Assembly: GCA_043801965.1 (NCBI GenBank)
Contig: JAZDLN010000033.1
Span: forward strand, 5,113 to 69,112
DNA length: 64,000 nucleotides
Direction of reading: 5' to 3'
DNA from: Candidatus Falkowbacteria bacterium
GTDB taxonomy: Bacteria; Patescibacteriota; Patescibacteriia; Patescibacteriales; UBA12075
Both the position numbers and the translations under genes were made by a program. Positions 29,019 to 37,381 of the stretch are shown here, piece by piece. The notes under the pieces were generated by a model, which was not told where the DNA came from, did not search any database, and saw only the letters and a list, made by a program, of their open reading frames with translations. Position 1 is the first letter of the stretch. The number at the start of each line of letters is the position of its first letter.

Positions 29019-29106
29019 GGAAGGGTCGCCTAGTGGCCGATGGCGCGCGCTTGGAAAGCGCGTATACCGCAAGGTATCGAGGGTTCGAATCCCTCTCCTT
29101 CCGCCA
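29019..29106 (+). tRNA. tRNA-Ser (anticodon GGA), CCA encoded
   Basis: Hand-folded. The acceptor is ggaaggg/tccttcc and the D arm gcc/ggc. The anticodon stem is cgcgc/gcgcg with loop ttGGAaa. The long variable arm is ataccgcaaggtat and the T arm gaggg ttcgaat ccctc, with discriminator g plus cca. Confidence 0.9.
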
Positions 29107-29116
29107 ATTTAGTAGG

Positions 29117-29165
29117 GTGAGAATTTTACCCCGCATATCTCGAAGGGATTGTGCGGGGCTCTCAC
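29117..29165 (+). other. nested hairpin immediately 3' of tRNA-Ser
   Basis: gtgag (29117-29121) pairs with ctcac (29161-29165). ccccgca (29129-29135) pairs with tgcgggg (29152-29158). Function unknown. Confidence 0.5.
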
Positions 29166-29180
29166 TCTCCGCTCGCGCGT

Positions 29181-29206
29181 AAAATACCCATTTTTGGGTA
29201 TTTTTT
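29181..29206 (+). terminator. rho-independent terminator
   Basis: aataccca (29183-29190) pairs with tgggtatt (29195-29202) around a 4-nt loop, followed by a T-run. Confidence 0.8.
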
Positions 29207-29300
29207 ATTGACAATTTTTAAAAAGTATGCTATTTTTTATATAATCTTGCATAAAAACAATCGATCTTTATATTTAAATTTTAAAAAACAGGAGGGAATA

Positions 29301-29915
29301 ATGGAATTAGCGACGATTTTCAGCGTCATAGCCGCGCTCCTGCACGGTACGTCTTATTTCCTCTATAACCTGCAGGCTAAATCGGGAAAATCCACGCCCA
29401 ATATCGCCAGCTGGGGCATCTGGGTGTTTTTAGCGGCATTAAACGCGTTTTCATTCCGGGAAATGAGCGGCCAGACGGTATTGGCCCTGCAGTTTTTTAC
29501 CGGTTCGGTCGCCTGCGCGCTGACGTTCCTGTATGTTTTAAGTATCGGAAAATTCTCCCGGCCCAAACCCAGGGAAGTGGCAGCGCTGGCGCTCGGACTT
29601 CTTTCTGTCGCGGTGTGGTGGATATTCAGGAGCGCCTCCGGAGCGAATATGATCGTTCTTCTCGCTCTCGTCATTTCATTTATTCCGACCTGGGAAGGAG
29701 TGTGGAGCGATCCGTTCAAGGAAACCCCTTTAACCTGGGTGCTTTGGACCGCGGCTTATGGCTTTACGATAGTGGCTATCATCATCATGCGCGGCCAATT
29801 ACTAAGCTTTTTCACTCCGGCCGCGTGCCTCATAATGCACGGCGCCGTCGCGATATTGTCGACCGAAAAAAGAAAAAAACGGTTTCGGCTTAAGCCGGGG
29901 CCCGCGGAGGCTTAA
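29301..29915 (+). CDS. polytopic membrane protein, unknown function
   Basis: ATG 29301 is preceded by ggaggg; the track start 29151 reads through the terminator/promoter region. About 6-7 TM helices. Confidence 0.5.
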   Translation: MELATIFSVIAALLHGTSYFLYNLQAKSGKSTPNIASWGIWVFLAALNAFSFREMSGQTVLALQFFTGSVACALTFLYVLSIGKFSRPKPREVAALALGLLSVAVWWIFRSASGANMIVLLALVISFIPTWEGVWSDPFKETPLTWVLWTAAYGFTIVAIIIMRGQLLSFFTPAACLIMHGAVAILSTEKRKKRFRLKPGPAEA

Positions 29916-30427
29916 TGGATAAAATCAGCCGAAATAAGCGGAGAATAGTCGTAATCCCCCGGGAAGAAGCCGTTTTTTGGATGGACGGGGACGGTAACTG
30001 GCAAAACGAGCACGGCCGGTTCGAAAAGCTCCGGGTCATCGAGTATTTCCACGCTTCCATCAGGCATGATTTCTGCGGCTTTTACGTCGAGCAGGAGAAC
30101 GGGGATATCCTGGAAAGGGTTTACTTCCCCTACGAAGATACGGCTCTATTCGTTTTTATGGCCGCGGACGGGATACTAACGCTGAACACCGGGGAAAAAA
30201 TCAGCCTCGATCCGGCCAACCTGTTCACGGAGAACGATAATCTGTATATCCGCGTTAACGGCTTAAAGGCGAAGTTCGCGAAGCGCGGCCTGGAGGAAAT
30301 ATCGAAGCTCATCGATTATGAGCGGATGACTATCCGTCTGAACGGACGGGAATATTATTTCGGACCGCCGAAGAAACGCGGCTGGTCCGGAGTATTCAAA
30401 GATCTTTGGAAAAAAATCTGGCAATAA
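29915..30427 (+). CDS. hypothetical protein (DUF1285-like?)
   Basis: 170 aa. FWMDGDGNWQNEHGRFEKLRVIEYFHASI resembles the DUF1285 N-terminal motif (from memory; weak). Its start overlaps the upstream stop (taATG). Confidence 0.35.
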   Translation: MDKISRNKRRIVVIPREEAVFWMDGDGNWQNEHGRFEKLRVIEYFHASIRHDFCGFYVEQENGDILERVYFPYEDTALFVFMAADGILTLNTGEKISLDPANLFTENDNLYIRVNGLKAKFAKRGLEEISKLIDYERMTIRLNGREYYFGPPKKRGWSGVFKDLWKKIWQ

Positions 30428-30450
30428 CCGTTTAGGCGGTTATTTTTTTT
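30424..30450 (+). terminator. rho-independent terminator
   Basis: ataaccg (30424-30430) pairs with cggttat (30437-30443), followed by T8. Confidence 0.8.
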
Positions 30451-30468
30451 ATGAAAAAAATCTTTATT

Positions 30469-30497
30469 TTGACAAACTTCGTAAAGACTGATAAAAT
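30469..30497 (+). promoter_or_regulatory. putative sigma70-type promoter of fic
   Basis: TTGACA (30469-30474), a 17-nt spacer, then TAAAAT (30492-30497) with TG at 30489-30490. Confidence 0.55.
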
Positions 30498-30526
30498 TAA
30501 GTATATAAAAATTATCCCTAATAAAA

Positions 30527-31462
30527 ATGCCAAAAATATATAAAAAATTCATTCAAAATAAGCCATATTTTTATCTTAGCGAACATGTAAGGATTAATGG
30601 AAAAAATAAAAAAATTCAGGTTTATTTGGGTAAAAATATCCCTAAAGACCTGGCCCCGTCTTTTGCCGGGCTGGCCCGGAAGGAAAAAGGCCTAAGCCGG
30701 AAACATATCGGCGATATGTTCATTTTAGACAAGATATTCGACAAGGAAAATATTTCCCGGATCGAAGATCTGAGAATAGAAATGAAATACAGAATGCTTG
30801 GTTTGTCTGAAGCGAAAAAGGAGCGGTTATGGACCCGGTACGCGGTTCAGTTCATTTTTGAATCGAACGCCATAGAGGGAAGCAGGCTGAGCCGGGACGA
30901 GATCGATTCGATAATAAGGAATAAATACGTCAAAAAGACAATTGCACGCCGGGAAATCAGGGAGGTAAAGAATTCAATCGCGGTTTTTAACTCGGTCAGG
31001 GAGGGGCGGATAAAGCTGAATCAGCGCCAGATAATCTATCTGCACCAGGCGCTGGTCAAAGGTTCGGACGTAAAGACCGGTTATAAGAAGGTCGATATTG
31101 TCGTCAACAACAAACCGACCGTCCCGGCCGGCCGGGTCAGGCCGGAGATGGGCAATCTTCTGGGTTGGTGGAAAACCGGCAAAAAGAGCGGCCGGCACCC
31201 TTTGGAGATGGCCGCCGATTTCCATCAGAGATTCGAAAATATCCATCCTTTCGAAGACGGCAACGGACGGATCGGACGTCTGCTTTTCGATCTTATTCTT
31301 TTCCGATACGGTTATCCGCCGATCCTGTTCTTATACCGGAATCGGCAGGCGTATTTTAACGCTTTAAGCCAAGCGGACGAGGGGAGGCGTGATAAATTAT
31401 ACCGGCACGTGATCAAGGTTTATCTAGCCAGTATCAACTGGCTTTTGCGTGAGATGGATTAA
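30527..31462 (+). CDS. fic: Fic family protein (AMPylase-type Fido domain), class II with internal inhibitory motif
   Basis: The Fic motif is [14 protein letters not shown]. The N-terminal SxxxEG inhibitory motif is in [11 protein letters not shown]. Confidence 0.85.
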   Translation: MPKIYKKFIQNKPYFYLSEHVRINGKNKKIQVYLGKNIPKDLAPSFAGLARKEKGLSRKHIGDMFILDKIFDKENISRIEDLRIEMKYRMLGLSEAKKERLWTRYAVQFIFESNAIEGSRLSRDEIDSIIRNKYVKKTIARREIREVKNSIAVFNSVREGRIKLNQRQIIYLHQALVKGSDVKTGYKKVDIVVNNKPTVPAGRVRPEMGNLLGWWKTGKKSGRHPLEMAADFHQRFENIHPFEDGNGRIGRLLFDLILFRYGYPPILFLYRNRQAYFNALSQADEGRRDKLYRHVIKVYLASINWLLREMD

Positions 31463-31505
31463 TATTTCGGAAACCGGATTTTCTGCCGGAGCGTTTTTGA
31501 AGCTC

Positions 31506-31535
31506 TTGAAATAACTCGACTGATTGTGGTATAAT
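31506..31535 (+). promoter_or_regulatory. putative promoter of the plus-strand glycosyltransferase operon
   Basis: TTGAAA (31506-31511), an 18-nt spacer, then TATAAT (31530-31535) with TG at 31527-31528. Confidence 0.5.
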
Positions 31536-31564
31536 AATTAAGATTTTAAAGCTCTTACCCCTTA

Positions 31565-31628
31565 ACACCCCTCCCCGTCCCTCCCCTAATTAGGGGAGGG
31601 TGCCGAGCTTGCGAGGCGGGAGGGGTGT
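31565..31628 (+). promoter_or_regulatory. structured leader: nested C-rich/G-rich (anti-SD-like/SD-like) hairpin
   Basis: The outer stem is acacccctccc (31565-31575) with gggaggggtgt (31618-31628). The inner stem is ccctcccc (31579-31586) with ggggaggg (31593-31600) around taatta. It lies between the putative promoter and the SD/ATG of the gene at 31657. Confidence 0.5.
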
Positions 31629-31656
31629 GTGTTTAGGCGAGGGGATTTACTAATTT

Positions 31657-32814
31657 ATGAAAATTTTACTCGCCACCGGGATTTATCCGCCGGATATCGG
31701 CGGTCCGGCCACCTACGTTAAAACCCTTAAAGAAGAACTGCCTAAACGCGGCATCGCGTTTAAAGTTTTAACTTACGGCGAAACCGAGCCCGGAGATGAA
31801 AAAGAGGGGATTTACCGGATAAGCCGGAAGCAGAACGTGATATTTAGGTATTTTGCGTATTTTCGGCAAATGCTTGAACTTCTCGGCCAAACGGACCTGG
31901 TTTACGCGCAGGATCCGGTCAGCGTCGGCTTGCCGGTTGTTCTCGCTTGTCTTTTTAAAAGAAAAAAATATATTTTAAAGATCGTCGGGGATTACGCCTG
32001 GGAGCAGGGCCGGCAGAGGGCCGGGGTAAAAGACGATCTGGACGAGTTTCAGAATCGGCAATATGGATGGAGGGTGGAGCTGTGGCGGTTTATAGAGGGA
32101 TTTGTGGCGAAAAACGCCGCTTTTATAATAACCCCGAGCGAATACCTGAAAAATATCGTACAAAAATGGGGGATACATGAAAGTAAAATCAAAGTCATAT
32201 ATAACGCGGTCAAAGAAGTTAAAACGGCGGCGTCCAGAGATGAATTAAGGCGTAAATTTCAATTAGACGGCTACGTCATGCTTTCAGCAGGGCGGCTCGT
32301 TCCCTGGAAAGGGTTTGAATTATTGATGGATCTAATGCCGGAATTTTTAAAAATAGCCACGGATTTTAAATTAGTGGTCATAGGCGAAGGGCCTGATAAA
32401 GAAAAATTGGCCGCCAAAATCAAAAAGCTGGATTTAGAAAAAAGCGTCATTATGACGGGCGCGGTGCCGCAAAATACGCTTTGGGAATATATGGCGGCGG
32501 CGGATATATTTGTTTTGAACACCGGCTACGAAGGCCTGCCGCATATCACGATCGAGGCGATGCAATCGGGGCTCCCCGTAATTACGACCAGAAGCGGCGG
32601 TAATCCGGAAGTGATCAAAGACGGCGACACTGGCGTTTTGGCTGATTATAATGATCGGGCCGGGATAAAAAAAGCGATTTTAAAATTATACGAGGAACGT
32701 AGTTACGCGCAAAAACTGTCTCTGCGGGCAAAAGAAGATATTAGGGACAGGTTCGGGCGGGAGAGGATGATTGCCGGGGTTTTGGAGATTTTTAAATCGG
32801 GGATAAAAGTCTAG
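31657..32814 (+). CDS. glycosyltransferase family 4 (GT-B)
   Basis: 385 aa. MKILLATGIYPPDIGGPATY, with the C-terminal GYEGLPHITIEAMQSGLPVITT (E-x7-E region). Confidence 0.85.
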   Translation: MKILLATGIYPPDIGGPATYVKTLKEELPKRGIAFKVLTYGETEPGDEKEGIYRISRKQNVIFRYFAYFRQMLELLGQTDLVYAQDPVSVGLPVVLACLFKRKKYILKIVGDYAWEQGRQRAGVKDDLDEFQNRQYGWRVELWRFIEGFVAKNAAFIITPSEYLKNIVQKWGIHESKIKVIYNAVKEVKTAASRDELRRKFQLDGYVMLSAGRLVPWKGFELLMDLMPEFLKIATDFKLVVIGEGPDKEKLAAKIKKLDLEKSVIMTGAVPQNTLWEYMAAADIFVLNTGYEGLPHITIEAMQSGLPVITTRSGGNPEVIKDGDTGVLADYNDRAGIKKAILKLYEERSYAQKLSLRAKEDIRDRFGRERMIAGVLEIFKSGIKV

Positions 32815-32987
32815 AATCCGCTATTATATAATTTTACAATGATTATTGTAAGAAATTACAATAAAATAATTTTTACTTGGAAAATGATCCGGACGGCAAT
32901 ATAATAAACATAAATTTAAAATTAACCTAAACTCCCCACGGTTTCTGCCGCAGAGATAATTTACAACCTTTGGGTTAAGAGAAAATT

Positions 32988-33014
32988 CAGTTATTCGAAA
33001 AATTTGAATAACTG
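32988..33014 (+). other. perfect 9-bp stem hairpin in a 267-nt spacer
   Basis: cagttattc (32988-32996) pairs with gaataactg (33006-33014). Confidence 0.5.
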
Positions 33015-33081
33015 CTGATGACAGGAAAAACCACCAGAGGCAGATACGCCTCAGGCGGAGATTGTCGATTTATATTGTTTT

Positions 33082-34290
33082 ATGAAACTACTTATCTGTA
33101 CGCAAAAAGTAGATATAAACGATGACGTTCTGGGGTTTTTTCATTCCTGGATTAGAGAATTCGCGAAGCATTATGAAAAAGTGACGGTTATTTGTTTGTA
33201 TAAAGGCGAGTATGATCTGCCGGAAAACGTTAAGGTTTTGAGTTTGGGGAAAGAGAGGAAGAAAAATTTTCAATCCCGTATAGGACCCGTGGTCCCGACG
33301 GGACTTTACGGGTTTTCAATTTTTCCGCCCGAGGCGGATCCGCCTTTGGCGGACAATTTTCAATCAATAATCAATTTTCAATTTTTTAATAAAATTGCCT
33401 ATATTTTAAAATTTTATAAATATATTTTTTCCGAGAAGGGTAATTATGACAAAGTTTTTGTGCATATGAATTCGGAATACGCGGTTTTGGGCGGAGGGTT
33501 GTGGAGATTGTGGAATAAAAAAATCGGTCTTTGGTACGTACATAAGGCGATTCCGTGGCAGCTTCGAATCGCGGAAAAATTCGTGGATGTTATCTTTACG
33601 GCGTCGAAAGAGAGTTGTAATTTAAAATCTAATAAAATCAGGGTGATAGGACATGGTATAGATTTGGAGAAATTCCAAATAACAAACCCCAAATTCCAAA
33701 CCTTGCCTACTGGCAGGCAGGTAAATTCGAAATTTGTTATTGTCTATGTCGGCCGCATTTCAAGAATTAAGAACCAGGAATTATTGATTCGAGCTATAGA
33801 TATTCTTCGCAATGACGATTTGTCAGTGAAACTTATTGGTGGGACGGTTTACGACCAAGATAAAGATTATCTGGATAAGCTGAAAAAATTAGTAAAAGAG
33901 AAAAAATTAGACGATGTGATTGAATTTGTCGGGGCGGTGCCGAATAAGGATATCGGCGGATATTACGGCGAAGCGGATCTGGCGCTTAATTTATGCCCGA
34001 CCGGCGGAGTCGATAAGGCGGTTTTAGAGGCGATGGCCGCGGGCGTGCCGGTAATAGTTTTCAATAAGACTTTCGCGGATGTTTTGGGGGACTATAAAGA
34101 GGAGATGATTTTGCGCGCAGAGAACGCGGAAGAGCTGGCCGGGAAGATTAAAAATATTATGGGGTGGGGAGTGGAGAAGAGAGAAAGCGCAGGCAAGGAT
34201 TTGAGGGGGGTAGTAAAAGAGAACTACGGACTGGAAAGTTTAATCGGGAAAATAAAAAACTTATTGAAAATGATATTGCTTTTGATATAG
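33082..34290 (+). CDS. GT-B glycosyltransferase carrying two in-frame repeat/hairpin insertions
   Basis: 402 aa. The N-terminus MKLLICTQKVDINDDVLGFFHSWIREFAKH and the C-terminus GGVDKAVLEAMAAGVPVIVF are GT-B-like. Low-complexity segments at aa ~61-103 and ~197-219 are encoded by hairpin repeats. Confidence 0.8.
   Translation: MKLLICTQKVDINDDVLGFFHSWIREFAKHYEKVTVICLYKGEYDLPENVKVLSLGKERKKNFQSRIGPVVPTGLYGFSIFPPEADPPLADNFQSIINFQFFNKIAYILKFYKYIFSEKGNYDKVFVHMNSEYAVLGGGLWRLWNKKIGLWYVHKAIPWQLRIAEKFVDVIFTASKESCNLKSNKIRVIGHGIDLEKFQITNPKFQTLPTGRQVNSKFVIVYVGRISRIKNQELLIRAIDILRNDDLSVKLIGGTVYDQDKDYLDKLKKLVKEKKLDDVIEFVGAVPNKDIGGYYGEADLALNLCPTGGVDKAVLEAMAAGVPVIVFNKTFADVLGDYKEEMILRAENAEELAGKIKNIMGWGVEKRESAGKDLRGVVKENYGLESLIGKIKNLLKMILLLI
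33262..33390 (+). repeat. in-frame intragenic repeat element: four direct ttttcaat copies plus three GC-rich mini-hairpins
   Basis: ttttcaat occurs at 33267, 33313, 33357 and 33375. The hairpins are cccgt-g-gtccc-gac-gggac-ttt-acggg (33286-33312), ccgcc/ggcgg (33325-33337) and tccgcc/ggcgga (33339-33353). It encodes ...NFQSRIGPVVPTGLYGFSIFPPEADPPLADNFQSIINFQFF. Boundaries are approximate. Confidence 0.65.
33670..33741 (+). repeat. in-frame intragenic modular hairpin (aaattccaaa x2 arm plus core tgcctactggcaggc plus complementary arm)
   Basis: aaattccaaa occurs at 33670 and 33691. aataacaaa (33678-33686) pairs with tttgttatt (33733-33741). The core resembles gcctgccagcgggcaggc at 14570. It encodes KFQITNPKFQTLPTGRQVNSKFV. 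Confidence 0.65.
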
Positions 34291-34337
34291 TCAAATCAGG
34301 CAAGGGTAATTTGATTATTTTAAAGACCCCCCAGAAA

Positions 34338-34529
34338 ATGATTACACCTTTAGAGAATAAAATACTTAATGTTATAATTAAAGACGAATCCGTTTACCGG
34401 AAACAGATAGCGGATAAGCTGGAACTGAGCGAAGATACGGTCAAAGAGTATCTGTCTAAATTAATAAAGAAGGGTAGGTTGAGAAGGGTCGGACCGGTCC
34501 GGGGCGGGTATTGGGAAATTACAAAATAA
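34338..34529 (+). CDS. small winged-helix DNA-binding protein
   Basis: 63 aa from ATG 34338. ENKILNVIIKDESVYRKQIADKLELSEDTVKEYLSKLIKKGRLRRVG is wHTH-like. The track's upstream extension overlaps the GT gene in another frame. Confidence 0.5.
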   Translation: MITPLENKILNVIIKDESVYRKQIADKLELSEDTVKEYLSKLIKKGRLRRVGPVRGGYWEITK

Positions 34530-34539
34530 GTGAAGAGCT

Positions 34540-35706
34540 ATGAAGATGAAATATATTATAAGTGCTCACATTCCGACCGAAAAAGCTTATGGCCATGAAG
34601 ACGTTAAGATGTGTGAAATCATGAGTAAGGCGGGCATAAACGTCGAATTGATATCTCCCAGATCAGCGAATTCTGTTAAGAACAATATATTCGAGTTTTA
34701 CGGTTTAGAAGAAAATTTTTCAGTTAAATATCTTACAACGTTTAATTATTTTAGCATATTCAGGAATTTCGAACGTTTTGGCTTTTATGTTAATTGGTTT
34801 TGCTTTTTTTTGCGGTTGGTTTTTTTAAAAACAGACGCGGACGCGGTGATTTTTACCCGGATGCCGGAGATCGCTTGGCTGTACAAAAAAAAGAAACACA
34901 AAGTTATATACGAATGCCATGAATGGTTCGGACGAAGCGAAAAATTGGCATTATACTTGCTTCGGAACTGCGATCACATTATTACAACGAACAGATTCAT
35001 AAAGCAAAAATTTGCGGATGCGGGTTTTGCCGGAAAAAAAATTTTAGTAGCGACTAACGGCGTAGATCTGGAAAAATTCCGTTTTGAATTATTTAAAGAA
35101 GAGGCTGCAGATGAATTGAATTTAGATACGAAATTAAATAGTTTGTTTAAATCCAAAACAATTTTACTTTATGCCGGCAGTTTTAAAACCATGAATGTTG
35201 ACAAGGGTATCAATGAAATCCTGCGGGCCATGAAAATCTTAGATAATAATAATTTATTTTTCTTGGCAATTGGGGGAAACGAACCGGATTTAAAATATTA
35301 CCGGGATATGGCTGAAAAGCTGGGGGTGGAAAAACAATGTTCGTTTATCGGCAGACGGAATCAGACGGAGCTGGCGCTATGGCAAAAAGCGGCCGATATC
35401 CTTTTAGCCCCCTTTCCGGATAAGGCTCACTATCGTTATTTTATGACGCCGTTAAAGTTATTTGAATATATGGCCGCTAAGCGACCGATTGTCGCCTCGG
35501 ATTTACCAAGTATCAGGGAAATTATGAACGACAAGAATTGTCTGTTTTGCCACCCGGGCGACGCAGAGGACTTGGCCGCTAAAATTAAAAAATTGCTGCA
35601 AGACAAAGATTTTGGCAAAAAATTAGCGGAACAAGCCTTTGAAGACGTAAAAAATTACAGCTGGGAGCGGCGCGTAGAAAAAATTTTGAATTTTATCATA
35701 GCATAA
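34540..35706 (+). CDS. glycosyltransferase family 4 (GT-B)
   Basis: 388 aa. GGNEPDLKYYRDMAEKLGV..., LKLFEYMAAKRPIVASDLPSIREI. Confidence 0.8.
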   Translation: MKMKYIISAHIPTEKAYGHEDVKMCEIMSKAGINVELISPRSANSVKNNIFEFYGLEENFSVKYLTTFNYFSIFRNFERFGFYVNWFCFFLRLVFLKTDADAVIFTRMPEIAWLYKKKKHKVIYECHEWFGRSEKLALYLLRNCDHIITTNRFIKQKFADAGFAGKKILVATNGVDLEKFRFELFKEEAADELNLDTKLNSLFKSKTILLYAGSFKTMNVDKGINEILRAMKILDNNNLFFLAIGGNEPDLKYYRDMAEKLGVEKQCSFIGRRNQTELALWQKAADILLAPFPDKAHYRYFMTPLKLFEYMAAKRPIVASDLPSIREIMNDKNCLFCHPGDAEDLAAKIKKLLQDKDFGKKLAEQAFEDVKNYSWERRVEKILNFIIA

Positions 35707-35710
35707 CAAT

Positions 35711-36661
35711 ATGAAAAAATTATCCATAATCCTGCCTGTATATAACGAGGAGGGGAATCTGGTAAAATTATTTTCAGAATTATCAGCCGTAGCGGAAAAG
35801 ATTTTATCCGAATACGAAATCATAGCGGTAAATGACGGCTCTAAAGACGGCAGTCTCAAGGTTCTGGCGGATTTGGCCCGGAAAAACCAGCATATTAAAG
35901 TAGTAGATTTCACGAAAAATTTCGGTCAAACCGCTGCAATCTCGGCTGGTATTGATCTGGCGGAAGGGGATATACTGGTCCTCATTGACAGCGACCTTGA
36001 AAACGACCCGAACGATATGCCAGTTTTGATACGGATGATAGAAGAAGGCTATGACGTGGTTTCGGGTTGGCGGAAAGGTCGCTGGCGGGGCAATCTTTTT
36101 ACCCGGAAATTGCCTTCGGTTACCGCCAACCAGATAATTTCGTCGCTTTCCGGAGTGAAATTGCACGATTACGGCTGTACCCTTAAAGCTTACCGGGCTT
36201 CGCTTGTAAAGAATATCAGATTTTATGGGGAGATGCACCGTTTTATCCCGATTTTCATTTCCTGGAACGGCGGCAAAGTTGGAGAAATCGCAGTTAATTA
36301 TCGCGCACGCGAGTACGGACGGAGCAAGTACGGGTTATTCCGCACTTTCTCGGTAATCCTTGATCTTCTACTGATAAAATTCCTGGAAAAATATATGACT
36401 CGGCCGATTCATTTTTTTGGCGGACTCGGATTCGTTTCTTTTTTTCTGGGTCTACTGAGTGCGGCCGCGGCCGTCATCTTGAAGGTAACCGGTCTACGGT
36501 CTTTCGTGGCCACTCCTTTGCCGGTTTTTTCTGCCCTGCTTTTGATCGTTGGGATTCAGTTAATCGCGCTTGGAGTAGTTTCGGAAATCTTAATGCGCAC
36601 TTATTATGAATCACAGAATAAGCCGGCATATAGTATTAAAGGGAGAATAAATTTATCTTAA
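35711..36661 (+). CDS. GT2 polyprenol-phosphate glycosyltransferase (GtrB/ArnC/DPM1-like) with C-terminal TM pair
   Basis: LSIILPVYNEEGNL, VNDGSKDGS and IDSDLENDP, with two C-terminal TM helices. Confidence 0.85.
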   Translation: MKKLSIILPVYNEEGNLVKLFSELSAVAEKILSEYEIIAVNDGSKDGSLKVLADLARKNQHIKVVDFTKNFGQTAAISAGIDLAEGDILVLIDSDLENDPNDMPVLIRMIEEGYDVVSGWRKGRWRGNLFTRKLPSVTANQIISSLSGVKLHDYGCTLKAYRASLVKNIRFYGEMHRFIPIFISWNGGKVGEIAVNYRAREYGRSKYGLFRTFSVILDLLLIKFLEKYMTRPIHFFGGLGFVSFFLGLLSAAAAVILKVTGLRSFVATPLPVFSALLLIVGIQLIALGVVSEILMRTYYESQNKPAYSIKGRINLS

Positions 36662-36693
36662 GATTAAATCGTTATCAAATAAAACTATGTTTT

Positions 36694-37377
36694 ATGATTT
36701 CAAATGATTTTTTCGTCATAATGCCCGCTCATAACGAAGAAAGGCGTATTAGTGAAGCCTTACAGCAGGTGTCTGTTTACGCGAATAATATTATTGTTGT
36801 GAATGACGGCTCTACCGACAATACATCTGAAATAGTAAGGAATATCAATCCTGAAATTATCATATTAGGCCATAAAATAAATTTGGGTAAGGGTGCAGCC
36901 ATGAAAACCGGCGGCGAGGAAGCGATAAAGAGGGGCGCGAAAGCATTGATCTTTATAGATGCCGACGGCCAGCATTCAGCCGAAGATATGGTTAAATTGG
37001 CTGATAAGCTAATGGACGAAAAATTAGATATCGTGTTCGGAGAGCGAAAGTTCAATAGCCACATGCCTTTAATCAGGAAGCTTGGAAATCTTTTATTGAC
37101 CCGCTTGATTAGGTTATTTACCGACGTTAATTTGAGTGATACCCAGTGTGGACTCAGGACCATGACTGTCGATGCCTATAAAAAAATTATTTGGAAAGAA
37201 AAAAATTATTCCGTTGAGACGGAAATGATAATAAATACCGGGAAATGCAAATTAAAATACGGCCGAATTGGAATCCAAACAATATATAAAGACAGCCGTA
37301 AGGGGATAAGTGTTTTTGATGGTTTTATTATATTAATAAATCTGTTTAAATGGAAATTGAGGTCATCTTTTAAGTAA
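36694..37377 (+). CDS. GT2 family glycosyltransferase
   Basis: FVIMPAHNEERRI, VNDGSTDNT and IDADGQH. Confidence 0.8.
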   Translation: MISNDFFVIMPAHNEERRISEALQQVSVYANNIIVVNDGSTDNTSEIVRNINPEIIILGHKINLGKGAAMKTGGEEAIKRGAKALIFIDADGQHSAEDMVKLADKLMDEKLDIVFGERKFNSHMPLIRKLGNLLLTRLIRLFTDVNLSDTQCGLRTMTVDAYKKIIWKEKNYSVETEMIINTGKCKLKYGRIGIQTIYKDSRKGISVFDGFIILINLFKWKLRSSFK

Positions 37378-37381
37378 AGCT

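Noticed and set aside
28996-29214. 72-aa minus-strand ORF.
   Set aside because: It overlaps the tRNA-Ser gene and the terminator, so it is spurious.
29915-31462. Fic with an upstream small gene as a toxin-antitoxin pair.
   Set aside because: The Fic protein carries its own SxxxEG inhibitory motif (class II). The upstream 170-aa protein has no such motif, and a terminator and promoter separate the two genes.
33015-33060. CUGAUGA...GAAA-like string that briefly suggested a hammerhead ribozyme core in the 267-nt spacer.
   Set aside because: I could not build stems I, II and III around it. There is no stem II hairpin between CUGAUGA and GAAA and no cleavage-site triplet in context. It is most likely chance in AT-rich sequence.
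34164-34337. Upstream part of track ORF 34164..34529.
   Set aside because: It overlaps the 3' end of the GT gene in another frame with an Arg/Lys/Gly-rich translation. The wHTH domain begins after the ATG at 34338.
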